Origin: Octopus sinensis
Lineage: Eukaryota
DNA: 64,000 nt
Assembly: GCF_006345805.1 (NCBI RefSeq)
Contig: NC_043014.1
Coordinates: forward strand, 17,732,001 to 17,796,000
Reading direction: 5' to 3'
Shown: positions 12,588 to 24,606 of the stretch, one piece after another
How the letters are laid out: each line of letters begins with the position of its first letter
Position numbering within the stretch: position 1 is the first letter of the stretch
Position numbers and translations under genes: made by a program
The notes under the pieces: generated by a model
Databases searched by the model: none
Seen by the model: the letters and a program-made list of their open reading frames with translations, nothing else
What the model was told of the DNA's origin: nothing

Positions 12588-12647
<60 letters not shown>

Positions 12648-12861
12648 TTATTTGTCTGTGCATCTTTGTATCTGTGTTTGTCCCCCCAATCATTGCTTGA
12701 CAACTGATGTTGGTGTGTTTATGTAACATAAACACACATATGCATAGTGTATATAAACAGATGAGAGTGTGTGTGGCGTGTGTGTTGGTGTTTCTGTTTT
12801 TCTTAGTTTATAAACAAGTATATTTGATCCACACCTTTTCAAAGATAAAAATAGCTTTCAC

Positions 12862-12905
<44 letters not shown>

Positions 12906-13213
12906 TATATATGTATATATATACATGTTGTATGTTGGGGCGTTCATATGTTTAATATCATTAAAGAATAAACAGCTTTCATCTATATATGTGTGTGTGT
13001 ATATCATTATGTAAATGATCAGGTATACATTAAACGATGATGATGATGATAATATATCCTTATACATAAACTTGCACATACACACATACATACATGTATA
13101 CAGACGCACACGCATCATATGTTTTCACATAAATGTGTGAAGCCATACTTTTATGTCACATAAAAGTAATACTTGAAACACACAGGCAATGGAAGCACAT
13201 TGACAATGAACCA

Positions 13214-13313
13214 NNNNNNNNNNNNNNNNNNNNNNNNNNNNNNNNNNNNNNNNNNNNNNNNNNNNNNNNNNNNNNNNNNNNNNNNNNNNNNNNNNNNNNN
13301 NNNNNNNNNNNNN
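13214..13313. other. Assembly gap (100 N)
   Basis: Run of exactly 100 N, typical of an unknown-size gap placeholder. It removes the GSTO exon 2 donor. Confidence 0.99.
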
Positions 13314-13414
13314 ACGTTTATGTTGCAAAACCAGTCTGGTTCTTTCAGCAAAAGGACAGAACCTCATACTGTAGAGACGCAAAGTACCTGGCTCTAGTTT
13401 AGGACATTTGCTTC
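13314..13414 (-). CDS. GSTO1: GST omega exon 2 (active-site exon; last few nt and donor lost in N gap)
   Basis: Acceptor ttcttctactccaaaccAG|GA at 13416-13415. Encodes (G)[33 protein letters not shown], containing the omega catalytic C-P-F-A motif. Runs into N at 13313. Confidence 0.93.
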
Positions 13415-13893
13415 CTGGTTTGGAGTAGAAGAAAACAATAGAGATTACACTTCGTTCTTGTATTTAGTTTGCAAGATTCTCGATGTGAGTTCATGTGTTG
13501 AAACAAATTGTGTCTTGGGAGAGGCATTACACCAATAATAATGGCTTCATATTTTAACACAAGGCCAGTAATTTCGGGGGAGGGGTTAAGCTAACTACAT
13601 CGACCCTAGTGTCCAACTGGTACTTATTTTATCGACTCTGAAAGCATGAAAGGAAAGTTGACCTCAGCAGAATTTGAACTCAGAACATAAAGACAGATGA
13701 AATGCTGCTAAGCATTTTGGCCACTGTGCTAACGATTCTGTCAAGCTCACCACCTTAATTACACCAATAATAACACATGCACTGGTTCAATACCACTTCT
13801 TTATTGTTAGTTAATTGGATTGCGACCCTTTCAATGACATAGTGTCTGAGTGAGAGAGTATGTCACCGAGTCACTGAAAAGATAATATACAGC

Positions 13894-14287
13894 AGGAGTG
13901 GCTGTGTGGTAAGTAGCTTGCTTACGAACCACATGGTTCCGGGTTCAGTCCCACTGCATGGCACTTTGGGCAAGTGTCTTCTACTATAGCCTCAGGCCGA
14001 CCAAAGCCTTGTGAGTGGATTTGGTAGACGGAAACTGAAAGAAGCCCATCGTATATATGTATATGTATATATATATGTGTATGTTTGTCCCTCCACCATC
14101 ACTTGACAACTGATGCTGGTGTGTTTACGTCCCTGTAACTTCGCAGTTAGGCAAAAGAGTCCGAAAGAATAAGTACTAGGCTTACAAAGAATAAGTCCTG
14201 GGGTTGATTTGCTTGACTAAAAGCGGTGCTCCAGCATGACCACAGTCAAATGACTGAAACAAGTAAAAGAGTGAAAGAGTAAAAGAG
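13894..14287 (+). mobile_element. tRNA-headed SINE, family B (near full length)
   Basis: Same head, body and tail as 9765-10150, well preserved. Confidence 0.8.
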
Positions 14288-15497
14288 CAATGAAGGAACT
14301 TTGATGAACAAATAACCGATTTATTGGTTAAACAGCGCATTGAACAAACAATTGATTAGTTAGTTGGTAAGATATTTAACCAATTGACTAACAATAAAGA
14401 AATGGAATTGATAATAAAAACTAATAATAACAGACATGGGTGCATGTTATTATTATTATTGGCTTAACGACTCTTCCAAGACACATCAAATAGAGATTAT
14501 ACATACACACCTATATCATTATCATTTAACATCTATTTATCCATGCTTGCACAGGTCAGTCAGAATTTGTTGAAGTAGATTTTTAATGGTTGAATGATCT
14601 TCCTGCCATCAAGTTTTATCTGTTTGTAAGTAATGTAATATTTCCCCATGGAAGACAGGAAATGATCAAGATTGTTTGTCACACGTCAAAACAAGGGTAC
14701 ACACAAACAAACACATATGTACATATATGATGAGTTCCTTTCAGTCTCTTCCAACCAAATCCACTCATATTGTTTTGTTTGGCTTAGGGCTATAGTAGAA
14801 GACACACAGGAGTACTGGGATGGAACCCAAGACCATCTGGTTGTGAAGCAAGATTCTCAATCACATAGCCAGGATTGTGCCTCACACACACACCAATACC
14901 ATCATCCTTTTATCATCTTTTCATTTTAATGACTGCTTTTCCATGCTTGCATGGGTTGAATAGAGTCAATTGAGGCAGATTTTCTATCGTTGGATGCCCT
15001 TCCTGTAGCCAACCTTAATCTGTTTCCAATGACTAGACCTGTTACACACAGGAAATGAATGACACAGGTTGTATGACAGTGACAATCATTTACAACTACA
15101 TATGACATCAAGACAAGGAGACGCAAATGTGTGCACACACATGATGGGCTTCTTTCAGGTTCCATCCACCAAATCTATTCACAATACTGTGATCAGCCCT
15201 ATAGTAAAAGATACATGTCCAAGGAACCAAGGTGTATATGGCACCTTGGCCTAGTGTCTTCCACTATAATCCCAGGTTGACCAAAGCCTTCTTACTGGAT
15301 TTGGTAGAAGGAAACTCAAAGAAGCCCATGTGTGTACATGTGTGTGTGTGTGTTTGAGTGTTCCCTAGTCTTCATATCATGTGGTAGTCATAAATGAAGG
15401 CCACATGAGAAAATGTAAGCTGTCTCAATAAACTCTGCCTGACTCATGCAGACATGGAGAAGTGGAGGTTAAAATGACAATTATGATGATCAACATC

Positions 15498-15533
<36 letters not shown>

Positions 15534-16089
15534 AGATAGATATAGATATATATATGTACAAATATTATAAATACATGTATAATATCCATATAACATATAT
15601 AATACATATGTATATATATTATATTGTATCTATATAATATATCATCATCATCATATCATTTAACATCTGTTTTTCATGCTAGCATGGGTTGGATGGTTTG
15701 ACAGAAGGCTGCATTCAACCACAGTCGTAGGTGTAGGCATGGTTTCAACAGCTGGATGCTCTTCCTAACACCAACCATTTTACAGACTGCCCTAGTAGCA
15801 TTTTATGTGGTGCCAGTTTGGGTGCTTATTATGTGGCACCAGTATGAGTGCTTTTATATGTGGAGCCAGGATGGGTGCCTTTTACATATGATATACACGT
15901 GTGTGTATACATACATTCATACATGTATATTCAAACATACAATAATGATAAATGAAAATATCACAAATACCATTTGTGATAAATATTATCAATTTATTGA
16001 AATTATTTTCTCTTGAGAGAAAACCAAACAAATGCCTGATGGTAAACAGCCACCAATTCACTCCAAAAAATTAAAGTAAAATAATCTCA

Positions 16090-16525
16090 GCACCATCCGA
16101 GTGTGATCATTGGCAGAGCAGCTAACTGGCTTCTGTGCTGGTGGTATGTAAAAAGCACCATTTGAGCGTGAACGTTACCAGTGTTGCCTACTGGCACTTG
16201 TGCTGGTGGCATGTGAAAAAAAAACATTCGAGTGAGGTTGTTGCCAGTTCCACTGAGACTGGCTCCTGTGCAGGTGGCACGTATAAAAACACCATTTGAG
16301 CGTGGTTGTTGCCAGTACCGCCTGACTGGCCCTCATGCCGGTGGCACGTAAAATCACCCACTAAACTCTCAGGGTGGTTGGCGTTAGGAAGGGCATTAAG
16401 CTGTAGAAACTCTGCCAGATCAAGATTGGAGCCTGGTGCAGCCATCTGGTTCGTCAGTCCTCAGTCAAATCGTCCAACCCATGCTAGAATGGAAAGCAGA
16501 TGTTAAACAATGATGATGATGATTA
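16090..16525 (+). mobile_element. (GAT)n-tailed SINE/RTE-type retroposon
   Basis: Internal 'aaaagcaccatttgagcgt..gccagt' subrepeats, then the same 3' end as 3015-3175 ending in gatgatgat. Confidence 0.7.
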
Positions 16526-17201
16526 TGAATCAAAAATTCACTAAAGTTGACATGCCATTAAGGAAAAGACAGGTTGGTGATCTAGAGACAAGATGACAGC
16601 TATGCACATGTTTCTGCCTCAGTGGACAGCATCTGCACAGTAGTTGCTTATTGTTCTTTCAATGGAAAAATAATTTCAAGAAATCTAGAATTTATCTTGC
16701 ATGGTATTTGATATTCTTATATTAGTTTCTCTTGTTCATATTCAATGTCACTGGCGACTATGAAACATTTCTCTGAGTTCATTATCACTTGAAATATGCA
16801 AATTAACCAAGGTCATAAAAGTTTTCAATTTTTTTTTGTTTATGTTTAAGTATTTTGTTTGCTGGATTGAATATAGAACAACTGGTGAACTGATGATCCC
16901 TATATAGGTAGAAACATGTGCCCACAGATAGCCTCTTATCTTCTTTGTGGCATGTCTATTTCAGAGAATTTTTGATTCTTAAATGATGCTGATATACAAA
17001 TGTGTGTGTATGTGTGAGCATATATATACATTAATACAAGGTGTGTAAGATATTTGAGGACATTTATGTTCATAAAAAACGGATATATGATAACAGATAA
17101 TAACTTTATTTATCAAAAAATGCTATGAAGATAAAAATAAACTTTTTTTTCTATAGTGTTATTCAAGAAAGTCTCTAAACTGAACAATTACCCCTTCCTT
17201 T

Positions 17202-17593
17202 GGATCTTTTCGGTTTGAACGGCAGTTTTTAAAAATAATTTCCACGTAACTAAACACTTTTAAACTTCGTATACTGGTAGAATGTGTTTATAAAACATCT
17301 TTTTCTCTTGGCTTTATTGAGAAAATTCTATAGTTTGTAAGATATTTGTTGTTTTTTTTCTTCAATTTCAACCAATCAATGACGTCTGTTGAGGTGAAAA
17401 CATTCTGTGCCGTATGAATATGTCCCCCGTTTAAGAAACAGATTGGGTTTATTTACATTTCTGAAGAAAAAAATACCCTTCCCCCACCCCTAAAACAGAT
17501 GAAATGCCATAGATCGATACTAGGGTCATAATTATGGGTGACAATTCTATATGACACCGCTAGAAAAAACTGCCGTTCAAACCGAAAAGATCC
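17202..17593. mobile_element. MITE with ~29-bp TIRs and 8-bp TSD (Merlin- or hAT-like)
   Basis: CTTCCTTT|GGATCTTTTCGGTTTGAACGGCAGTTTTT ... AAAAACTGCCGTTCAAACCGAAAAGATCC|CTTCCTTT: perfect TIRs and an exact 8-bp direct flank. Confidence 0.9.
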
Positions 17594-18464
17594 CTTCCTT
17601 TTTCTAAAGGAAGAGAGCTAGTGAGGTTTGACAACTGATTCTAACAGATTGAACATTAAACTGTGAAGGCTTAGAACGACTTTAATAAGTTTGTTTGAAT
17701 AGAGCGATCGACAGGGTCACACAACCGAATCTTTTTTCAAATAATGCTCTAACGGCTTGTAAAAGACCGAGGACAATGTATAATGTAGTCCTAGATACTC
17801 TATGTCTGAAAGAAAAAAGAAGGAAGGTCAGTGTTAGAATGTCTTTGATCAGAGCTCTGTTGGATCAGTTTTGAAAACAAAACAAAAAAGAAACTGGCAA
17901 ATTGTATCGTGGATGACACACGCCAGTCAATCTGTTAGAAATAGAAGCTAAATTTCCCCCCATCAAAACCTACCGAAGATTCTTAAAACAATGGATAACG
18001 TAGTCCTCTGCACTATATCTAAAAAGGAAAAAAAAATAGAAAAAGAGGAAACACTGGATAGTTACGGCTGGAACGCGTTTGATCAAAGATCAGCTCGATT
18101 AAATCTGACCTGGGGTTAAATAGTAAGAAGGGCAACCATTGTATTGCAGAAGTAATGATGGTTACATTACGTGGTTGCTCGAGCTGCATGAAATAGCAGC
18201 TAAATATCGCTCAAATTACAACCTACTATCTTGAAATAAAAGATAAATACATTGGTTAAGGTAATCCTACTGGCTACACACCGGCTAAAATGGGAACCTC
18301 TTAATGCTCATTCGAAATGTTAGAAATATCAGCCAAATCTTTCTGAAATAAAGAACATAGTTATTGTTAGAGAGGGTAGGGTGGAACTTCGTAACGCCGA
18401 CAAAAATTATGAACGACACCGCTCCCCTACAACCGGTGATTGCTTTAGAATACATACATACATA

Positions 18465-18577
18465 TATCACGTGACCGACCAGACCATCAGATGTTGTTAC
18501 ACATCGCTGGTCACAATGCGTTCGCATTGTTTTAGCCTTTGAATGACGCCACCCCGCTGGCTAAGCGAGCAGGCCAC
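18465..18577 (+). repeat. Short (~110 bp) GC-richer interspersed element embedded in (ACAT)n
   Basis: 'atcacgtgaccgaccagaccatcag...gctaagcgagcaggcca' is flanked on both sides by acatacat repeats. Confidence 0.5.
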
Positions 18578-18915
18578 ATACATACATATATATATAGTAG
18601 GTTAAGCCTGTAATACGTTGGTTAACAACGTCCTTATTTACAAAATAGAGGTGCGCATATTAGAAATGTGTCAAACTCCACGAATAAAGTATTATGCGTA
18701 GAATCCCAGAATGTTTTCTGGTTAATTAATTCAGCTTACTTAATCTTACTATTTACTTATCTAAAATTACTTATATGTAAATTGGGCGGATGTAACGTTT
18801 CTATTTTACGTACATATTCGACAAAATAATCTCTCTCTCTCTCTCCACACACATAATATATATATTCTTTTATATATATATATATATGTGTGTGTGTTTG
18901 TATTTAATTCCCTAC

Positions 18916-19030
18916 CTTTTGTATAAGCCTGCTCGGTTACCATACTTGCGTATGTTGACAACTTGCGTAGAGCTTCCTTGGCAGTAAACTGCAAGCCTGA
19001 CTTAAAACAAGCTTGATTTTGCGCGAACAT
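18916..19030 (-). CDS. GSTO1: Glutathione S-transferase omega, coding exon 1 (long start ATG 19030; conserved-type start ATG 18943)
   Basis: Minus-strand frame MFAQNQACFKSGLQFTAKEALRKLSTYAS-MVTEQAYTK-G ends at a phase-1 donor AAAG|GTAGGG (GT at 18915-18914). This joins exon 2 (GA AGC) to give MVTEQAYTKG-SKCP, matching the usual omega-GST N-terminus (..KG|S..P). The GSTO1 versus GSTO2 label cannot be resolved. Confidence 0.8.
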
Positions 19031-20653
19031 ATTACTTGTTCATACCAGCCACTAATAACAGCTCAATTACTTTTAACTCCTTCCCGATCATTGATAACCT
19101 GGGCGACAATAATGTCGTTGAGACGAGAGTGCTAACTACTACTACTCCTACCATCACCACTACCACTACTATCATATGGAGGGTGCAAAGTTCATCTAAG
19201 ACATAATGTCGGCAGTTTCGACTTGTTGTTTAGCCGTAGGCCAACTTCAATCGAGAAGATCTGTAACAAAAGATGTATCCTCTTGTGGCCACCACGCCAG
19301 TTCCTTCTTGAGTATGTATATGTGTGTGTGTGACTACATTAACCATTATAAAAATAGTAACGCGATCCTATTCTTAATAATATATTTTACTGACTATATT
19401 TTACATGCAGCGGCAATACACATAAGTTTGGAATGACAACAAGATTTCTTTTTAAGATATATACATTATTTATTTTACATATTTTACAATCATGTTTGAT
19501 GTTGGAAGTTTGTAAGTGTTCGCATGTTTTTGTGTCTGTGTGTTCGTTAGGCGTAAAAAGGTACTGACCAGTGAATTGTCGATGGGATTTGATTCACAGT
19601 TAATGTTGTTGGTATCGGCTTGGCAACAGGTAATAACAGATGGCTTAGGGTAGTTCTTAGAAGAAACTAGAACCCAAGAAACAGATAATTGATTTACCGT
19701 TTATGAGGTACACTGTAAGAGTCCCATATCAAGATATTGCATGTCGCAGTTGAGATTAATTGAATCACTCGTTGTGTTTATCTTTCTCTTGATATGAATA
19801 TACTTCCAGACATGTTACTGTAGCCGTTTTCTTCGTGGCGAGAATTTCACCTAACCGCTATAGTTGAATCTGTAGTTGTCTCGTGTACAATTTAAATCTT
19901 CGATGTTTGTCGATTGGTTCTTGCTGCTTCTTCATTATATGTTCTGCTTGGTTATGTTTCTCTAGTTATAGATATCTTGTAACCGTTTTCTTCATGGTGA
20001 TTTTTCACACTAACAGTATGAGAGGTATCAGTAACATCTTGTATTAATGGTGGTCGCTTGCCTCGAAACTGGAACTTGGTCGAGTATTCTCTGTGTGGTC
20101 AGAGACTTAGCTCTTAAAAGAACTAAAAGCCTACGACGAACTCTGTGTGGTCAGAGGTTCGCCCTGAGAAGGACTGGAAACCTAAGACGAGCTGTGTGGT
20201 CAGAGGTTCGCCCTGAGAAGGACTGGAAACCTAAGACGAATATTTTTTCTGAGAAACCTTGTTTTATAAGCTTCACCAGGCTCCCAGTGAACTTCAGAAA
20301 TGGAAAGCTGTGATTGGCTGCTTGGACTATGGCGCGAAAATAAGTCGAGACATTTTGCGCCAAGTTATAACCAGCGGTGCGAGCGTAGTAGAGACCAACG
20401 TGTCAGCCAATCGAATTAGTGTTTACATCAATGTTGAACCAGCCAAAGCCGTTTGTAATCTCGACCGAGGTCATTCTTAATACTCTTCTCAAACAGTGAA
20501 GATAGCAATGAGAGACGATATTGCTACACCATTGACCACTTGCCCTATTGACAACAGAAAAGTGTAATTTGAGGGAGATTTGACTATCTTAAGCTGGTGA
20601 AGTGGCCACATATGGACGCTACCTAATTAGCTCGCCAATACTAATTTAATTTA

Positions 20654-20850
20654 AGGCGGTGAGCTGGCAGAATCGTTAGCACGCCGGACGAAATGCTTAG
20701 CGGTTTTTCGTCTGCCGTTACGTTCTAAGTTCAAATTCCGCCGTGGTCGACTTTGCCTTGGGGTCGATTGAATAAGTTCCAGTTGCGTACTGGAGTCGAT
20801 CTAATCAACTGCCCCCCTCCCTCCAAATTTCAGGCCTTGAGTAGAAAAGA
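20654..20850 (+). mobile_element. tRNA-derived SINE, family A (well preserved)
   Basis: A-box-like TGGCAGAATCGTTAG and B-box GTTCAAATTCC, followed by 'ggtcgactttgcc..ggggtcgat' body. Confidence 0.8.
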
Positions 20851-22009
20851 ATTGTTAGCATGCTGGCGTTGCATTCGTCTTTGAGTTCAAATTCCACCGA
20901 GGTCGATTTTACCTTTCATCTCTTTCGGCGTCGAAAAAAAAAAAATACCAGTTGAACACTGGGGTCGATATAATCGACTTAGCGCATACCCCCAAAATGC
21001 TGGCCTATTTCCAAAACTTGAAACTAATCTTTCTTGTTTATTTACGTGAGCTGGTTATTTAATTCCTGCTTAATCGATCAGACCTTTGATAAAATGCATT
21101 CCAGCCCTGATTATCACGTCTTTTATTCAAACACAATGTATTTAATGTGTCCCTTATTTTATAAGACGGTATGGAACGATGTGAGTATGATTTGTTTGCT
21201 ATTTCTAGCAAGCTGAACGACCACATAAATGCTTCCCTTGTTATCTCTCGCTGCTTATCTCACGTCAACCTAGTTCTCTAGGCTTATCACGGATTGATCT
21301 GTGATAATACGGGTCGGCGATGAGTCGAAGATTCTGTTTCTACTGTAAAAAGTGAACTCCAGCGTCCACACATGCTGCTCAGCTACCTAGAAAGCACTCA
21401 CTATTGTTTATGTTCACAGGGCTGTTCCACAAGGTAGTTTTAAACGGATTTACGCACTCTCACCCATCAATACAGAACCAGAGAACAACGACGACGAAGA
21501 AGAAGAAGAAACGGAAGTGCCTGGTCCTTGATCAAGAAAGAACGTGAGGGTAAAGCTTCGTAACTGTGGGCCGCTAGTTTAATTCCAAAGAATCTAACAT
21601 TCGTTCTGTTTACGAAGTGAGTGGAAACGATTAATTTATCATTGTTTTTTTTTTTTTGGTAACGAAATCTCCGTGATAAACGAGGATAGATGTACTGCCT
21701 CGTTGAAAATTACTCTGGGCACTCCAACATACTGTGTTTGTCAATGTTGTTGTCTAGCCCCTAAACCAATCTTGACTGAAAAAAGGTAAACAGGAACAAC
21801 TAACCAAAGGCATTTGAACCGTGACTATCATTTAAGCGAGGAGCTCGATGGGGTCTGTTCATCCCCGAGTGACGTTTTATGGGGTAAACACTCTTGGGTC
21901 TGCTGTTTCAGCCTGTATAGGTTGTCTTAGCCCGTCCATCCATCCATCCATCCATCCAGCCAGCCAGCTAGCCAGCCATCCATCCATCCATCCACCCATC
22001 CAGCCAGCC

Positions 22010-22320
22010 ATCTTCAACTACTATACGTGGGATGGTTGTAGGGGATGTATCTCCAGAAGCAACTGTCATTACATTTTGCGACTGTATTCCCAAATGAGAT
22101 TATGGATATCACCCAAACATCTCGTTCTTGGTCTACCCTAGGGTCTCCTGTCGGTTGACTCGAGTTGAAGAAACCGTCTTGCTGTTCTCTCTCGCGACAT
22201 TCTAATCACATGTCCGTACTACCGGAGCTGTGACCTCTCAATGCGGAAAAGTAGCCGCTTGACCTGAAGAGCTTGACCTGATTTCTGAGCTGCTTACCCT
22301 GTTGAGTAACATTACATTGA
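22010..22320 (-). mobile_element. RTE-clade (Expander/Rex3-like) LINE 3' fragment
   Basis: Minus strand reads ..RIERSQLR*YGHVIRMSRERTARRFLQLESTDRRP*GRPRTRCLGDI.., the conserved RTE C-terminal 'LRWxGHVxRM...RPRGRP' region. Confidence 0.75.
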
Positions 22321-22641
22321 TACAGCATGAGAATTATATTGAGGCTACAAGTGTTTGTGGCGTGTTCAGCCACGTATAAAATAATTCAGTCATCGAACGA
22401 CAGAGAGCCATCAATACAATTCTTTCTTCGTTACGGAAAACATGGATTTTATCAAACATTGTTATTTATCTGCTTCCTTTTCAATCCTTATCGACCAACT
22501 GATGAGAACCACTAATCTAATGTTGGTTTGAGGAAACTCATCTTCCATTTCAAGTAGGGGCTCTTGCAGTGATTTATCGGATGTGAGTCAGTCAGGGTAC
22601 ATATTTCTTCTAACCAGTCTGTCTGTATGTCAGTCTGTTTG

Positions 22642-22710
<69 letters not shown>

Positions 22711-24008
22711 ATGTTGTTTTTAACCCCAGATCAGGCCTGATCGAGTAGACGTATGATCGAAGGAACTCTAGCGGTGACCAGAGACTTCGAGACAACATTC
22801 TGAACAACACTCCTATCAGAAGTTGGGGAACCTCTGATTCCAACGGGTCTATTTTTTTTATTTGTTTATTTTTAAATTAGGACCTGTCAGATATTCACGG
22901 GTCACTCCTTGACTCTCCAGGCCACTCACTGATTTACAAGCGGAACATCCCACTTTCAGTGCCTGGCCGTGATATTTATAGGACATTTTTGACAGTGTTT
23001 ACCTTATTCTGTTTCTTTTGAAAAGCTTGCGGGATGATTTAAGAGAATTCTGCAACTATTTCTTGAAGGGCAAACAAGAGATTTAACTGCTATTTTTAGC
23101 ACTTCCTGAGTGCCTGCAGTTTTTCCGCAGTGGTCGCAAGGGAGGTAAGCAAGCTGAACTTGTTCATTGAGCAGGGCAGGTTCAGTTCTACAGTCAATCT
23201 AAGTAGTGTAATATCTTAGAAAACCGATACAATGAGAATGATGGCAGTACTGTGGTTCATTAGTAGTGGAGAAAGGAGAAGGGTAACGATAGGGAACAGC
23301 AAAATTGTAGGTGCAGAATGACTGAATGGTTAGAGAGTTCGCTTCGAAGTCCAGAGGTCGATCCAACCTGTGGCATTTTGGGCAAATATTTTGATGTAAT
23401 TTCTGTTCGACTCAAAGCGTTTGTGCTGTTAAAAACTGAGATGAAGCCGGTCGGATGGGTTGTTGATCCTTTCATTCTATCTATCACATATATATGTATA
23501 CGATATATATATATATGTATATGTGTGTTGTTTATATATATATGTATGTATGTGTGTGTGTGTAAGAAGACAGCGTGAAAGGTAGCGTGCTGTGAAATTG
23601 TACCGTCGTTTTGCAGATGTCCTGTGCGTATTGAATACGGAAAACGATTAGGTATTTTAGAGTTATCTCCCTTACACTGTTAAAATTTATGATGTCCAAC
23701 GCCATTATGATTACAAACCACATACCAATGTTACGGCTACATGTGTTGCCCCTAAAATACTTATCTCTCTCCTCAAACCTGATATTCAGAGTGAATGGAC
23801 TTAGATTTTGTTGTGTCATTGCATTGTCCAGGCACATATCCTTGAAATAATTATATAAAAATATGTGTGTATGTGTTTGTATTTCTATGTATATATATGT
23901 ATAATAAGCATATACGTATGTATGTATGTATGTATGTATGTATGTATGTATGTATGTATGTATGTATGTACGCATCTCTCTCTCTCTCTCTCTCTCTCCC
24001 TCTCTCTC

Positions 24009-24075
<67 letters not shown>

Positions 24076-24510
24076 GCCTGTCTCTCTGTCTCTCTATCTC
24101 CTTGTCTCTTTCTCTCTCTCTGTATCTATTTATCTTGCAATCTTTCTATCTAGCTATAAAAACCTGCGTACATACATGACATGCATACACGCATATTACA
24201 TTCATAAGCGCACATTATATCGATAAACTACATATATTTAAACTCGAATATGGATCCATTCATCTGTCTATCCATCCACACATAAGCACATATATATGTG
24301 TGGGTGTGCGTCTATGTGTGTGTAAGTATACGTATGCACATATGTACATATATATAGACGATACCCACTGAAATCCTGGGACACGCAAACTGACTGGAGA
24401 GTGGTATAAGGAAAACAATCCATAGCACTTGACCTTGCTTTGTATGTTTGAAAACTAGCCAGAAGGCCTTTTCTTCCTCCAATTTGAGGCTATAGGCCAC
24501 CGGCCATTAG

Positions 24511-24606
<96 letters not shown>

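Noticed and set aside
20089-20240. Tandem ~50-bp units as a CRISPR-like array
   Set aside because: There are no unique spacers and no cas genes, and the context is eukaryotic.
20654-20740. tRNA-like heads as genuine tRNA genes
   Set aside because: They have A/B boxes but no complete cloverleaf, and they continue into SINE bodies repeated many times.
21420-21550. + strand stretch reading ..TTTTKKKKKRKCLVL(D) (CAAX-like) or ..NDDEEEEETEVPGP* after a possible acceptor
   Set aside because: Both readings come from a (GAC/GAA)n microsatellite. The CAAX is not terminal and there is no GTPase-like upstream sequence.
22296-22327. Alternative GSTO exon 1 candidate MLYQCNVTQQG|GTAAGC
   Set aside because: It lies inside an RTE LINE remnant and has no omega similarity. 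The 18916-18943 exon fits much better.
23532-23975. 147-aa minus-strand ORF with a moderately complex middle
   Set aside because: The start is microsatellite-derived, and no recognisable domain or convincing splice pair was found.
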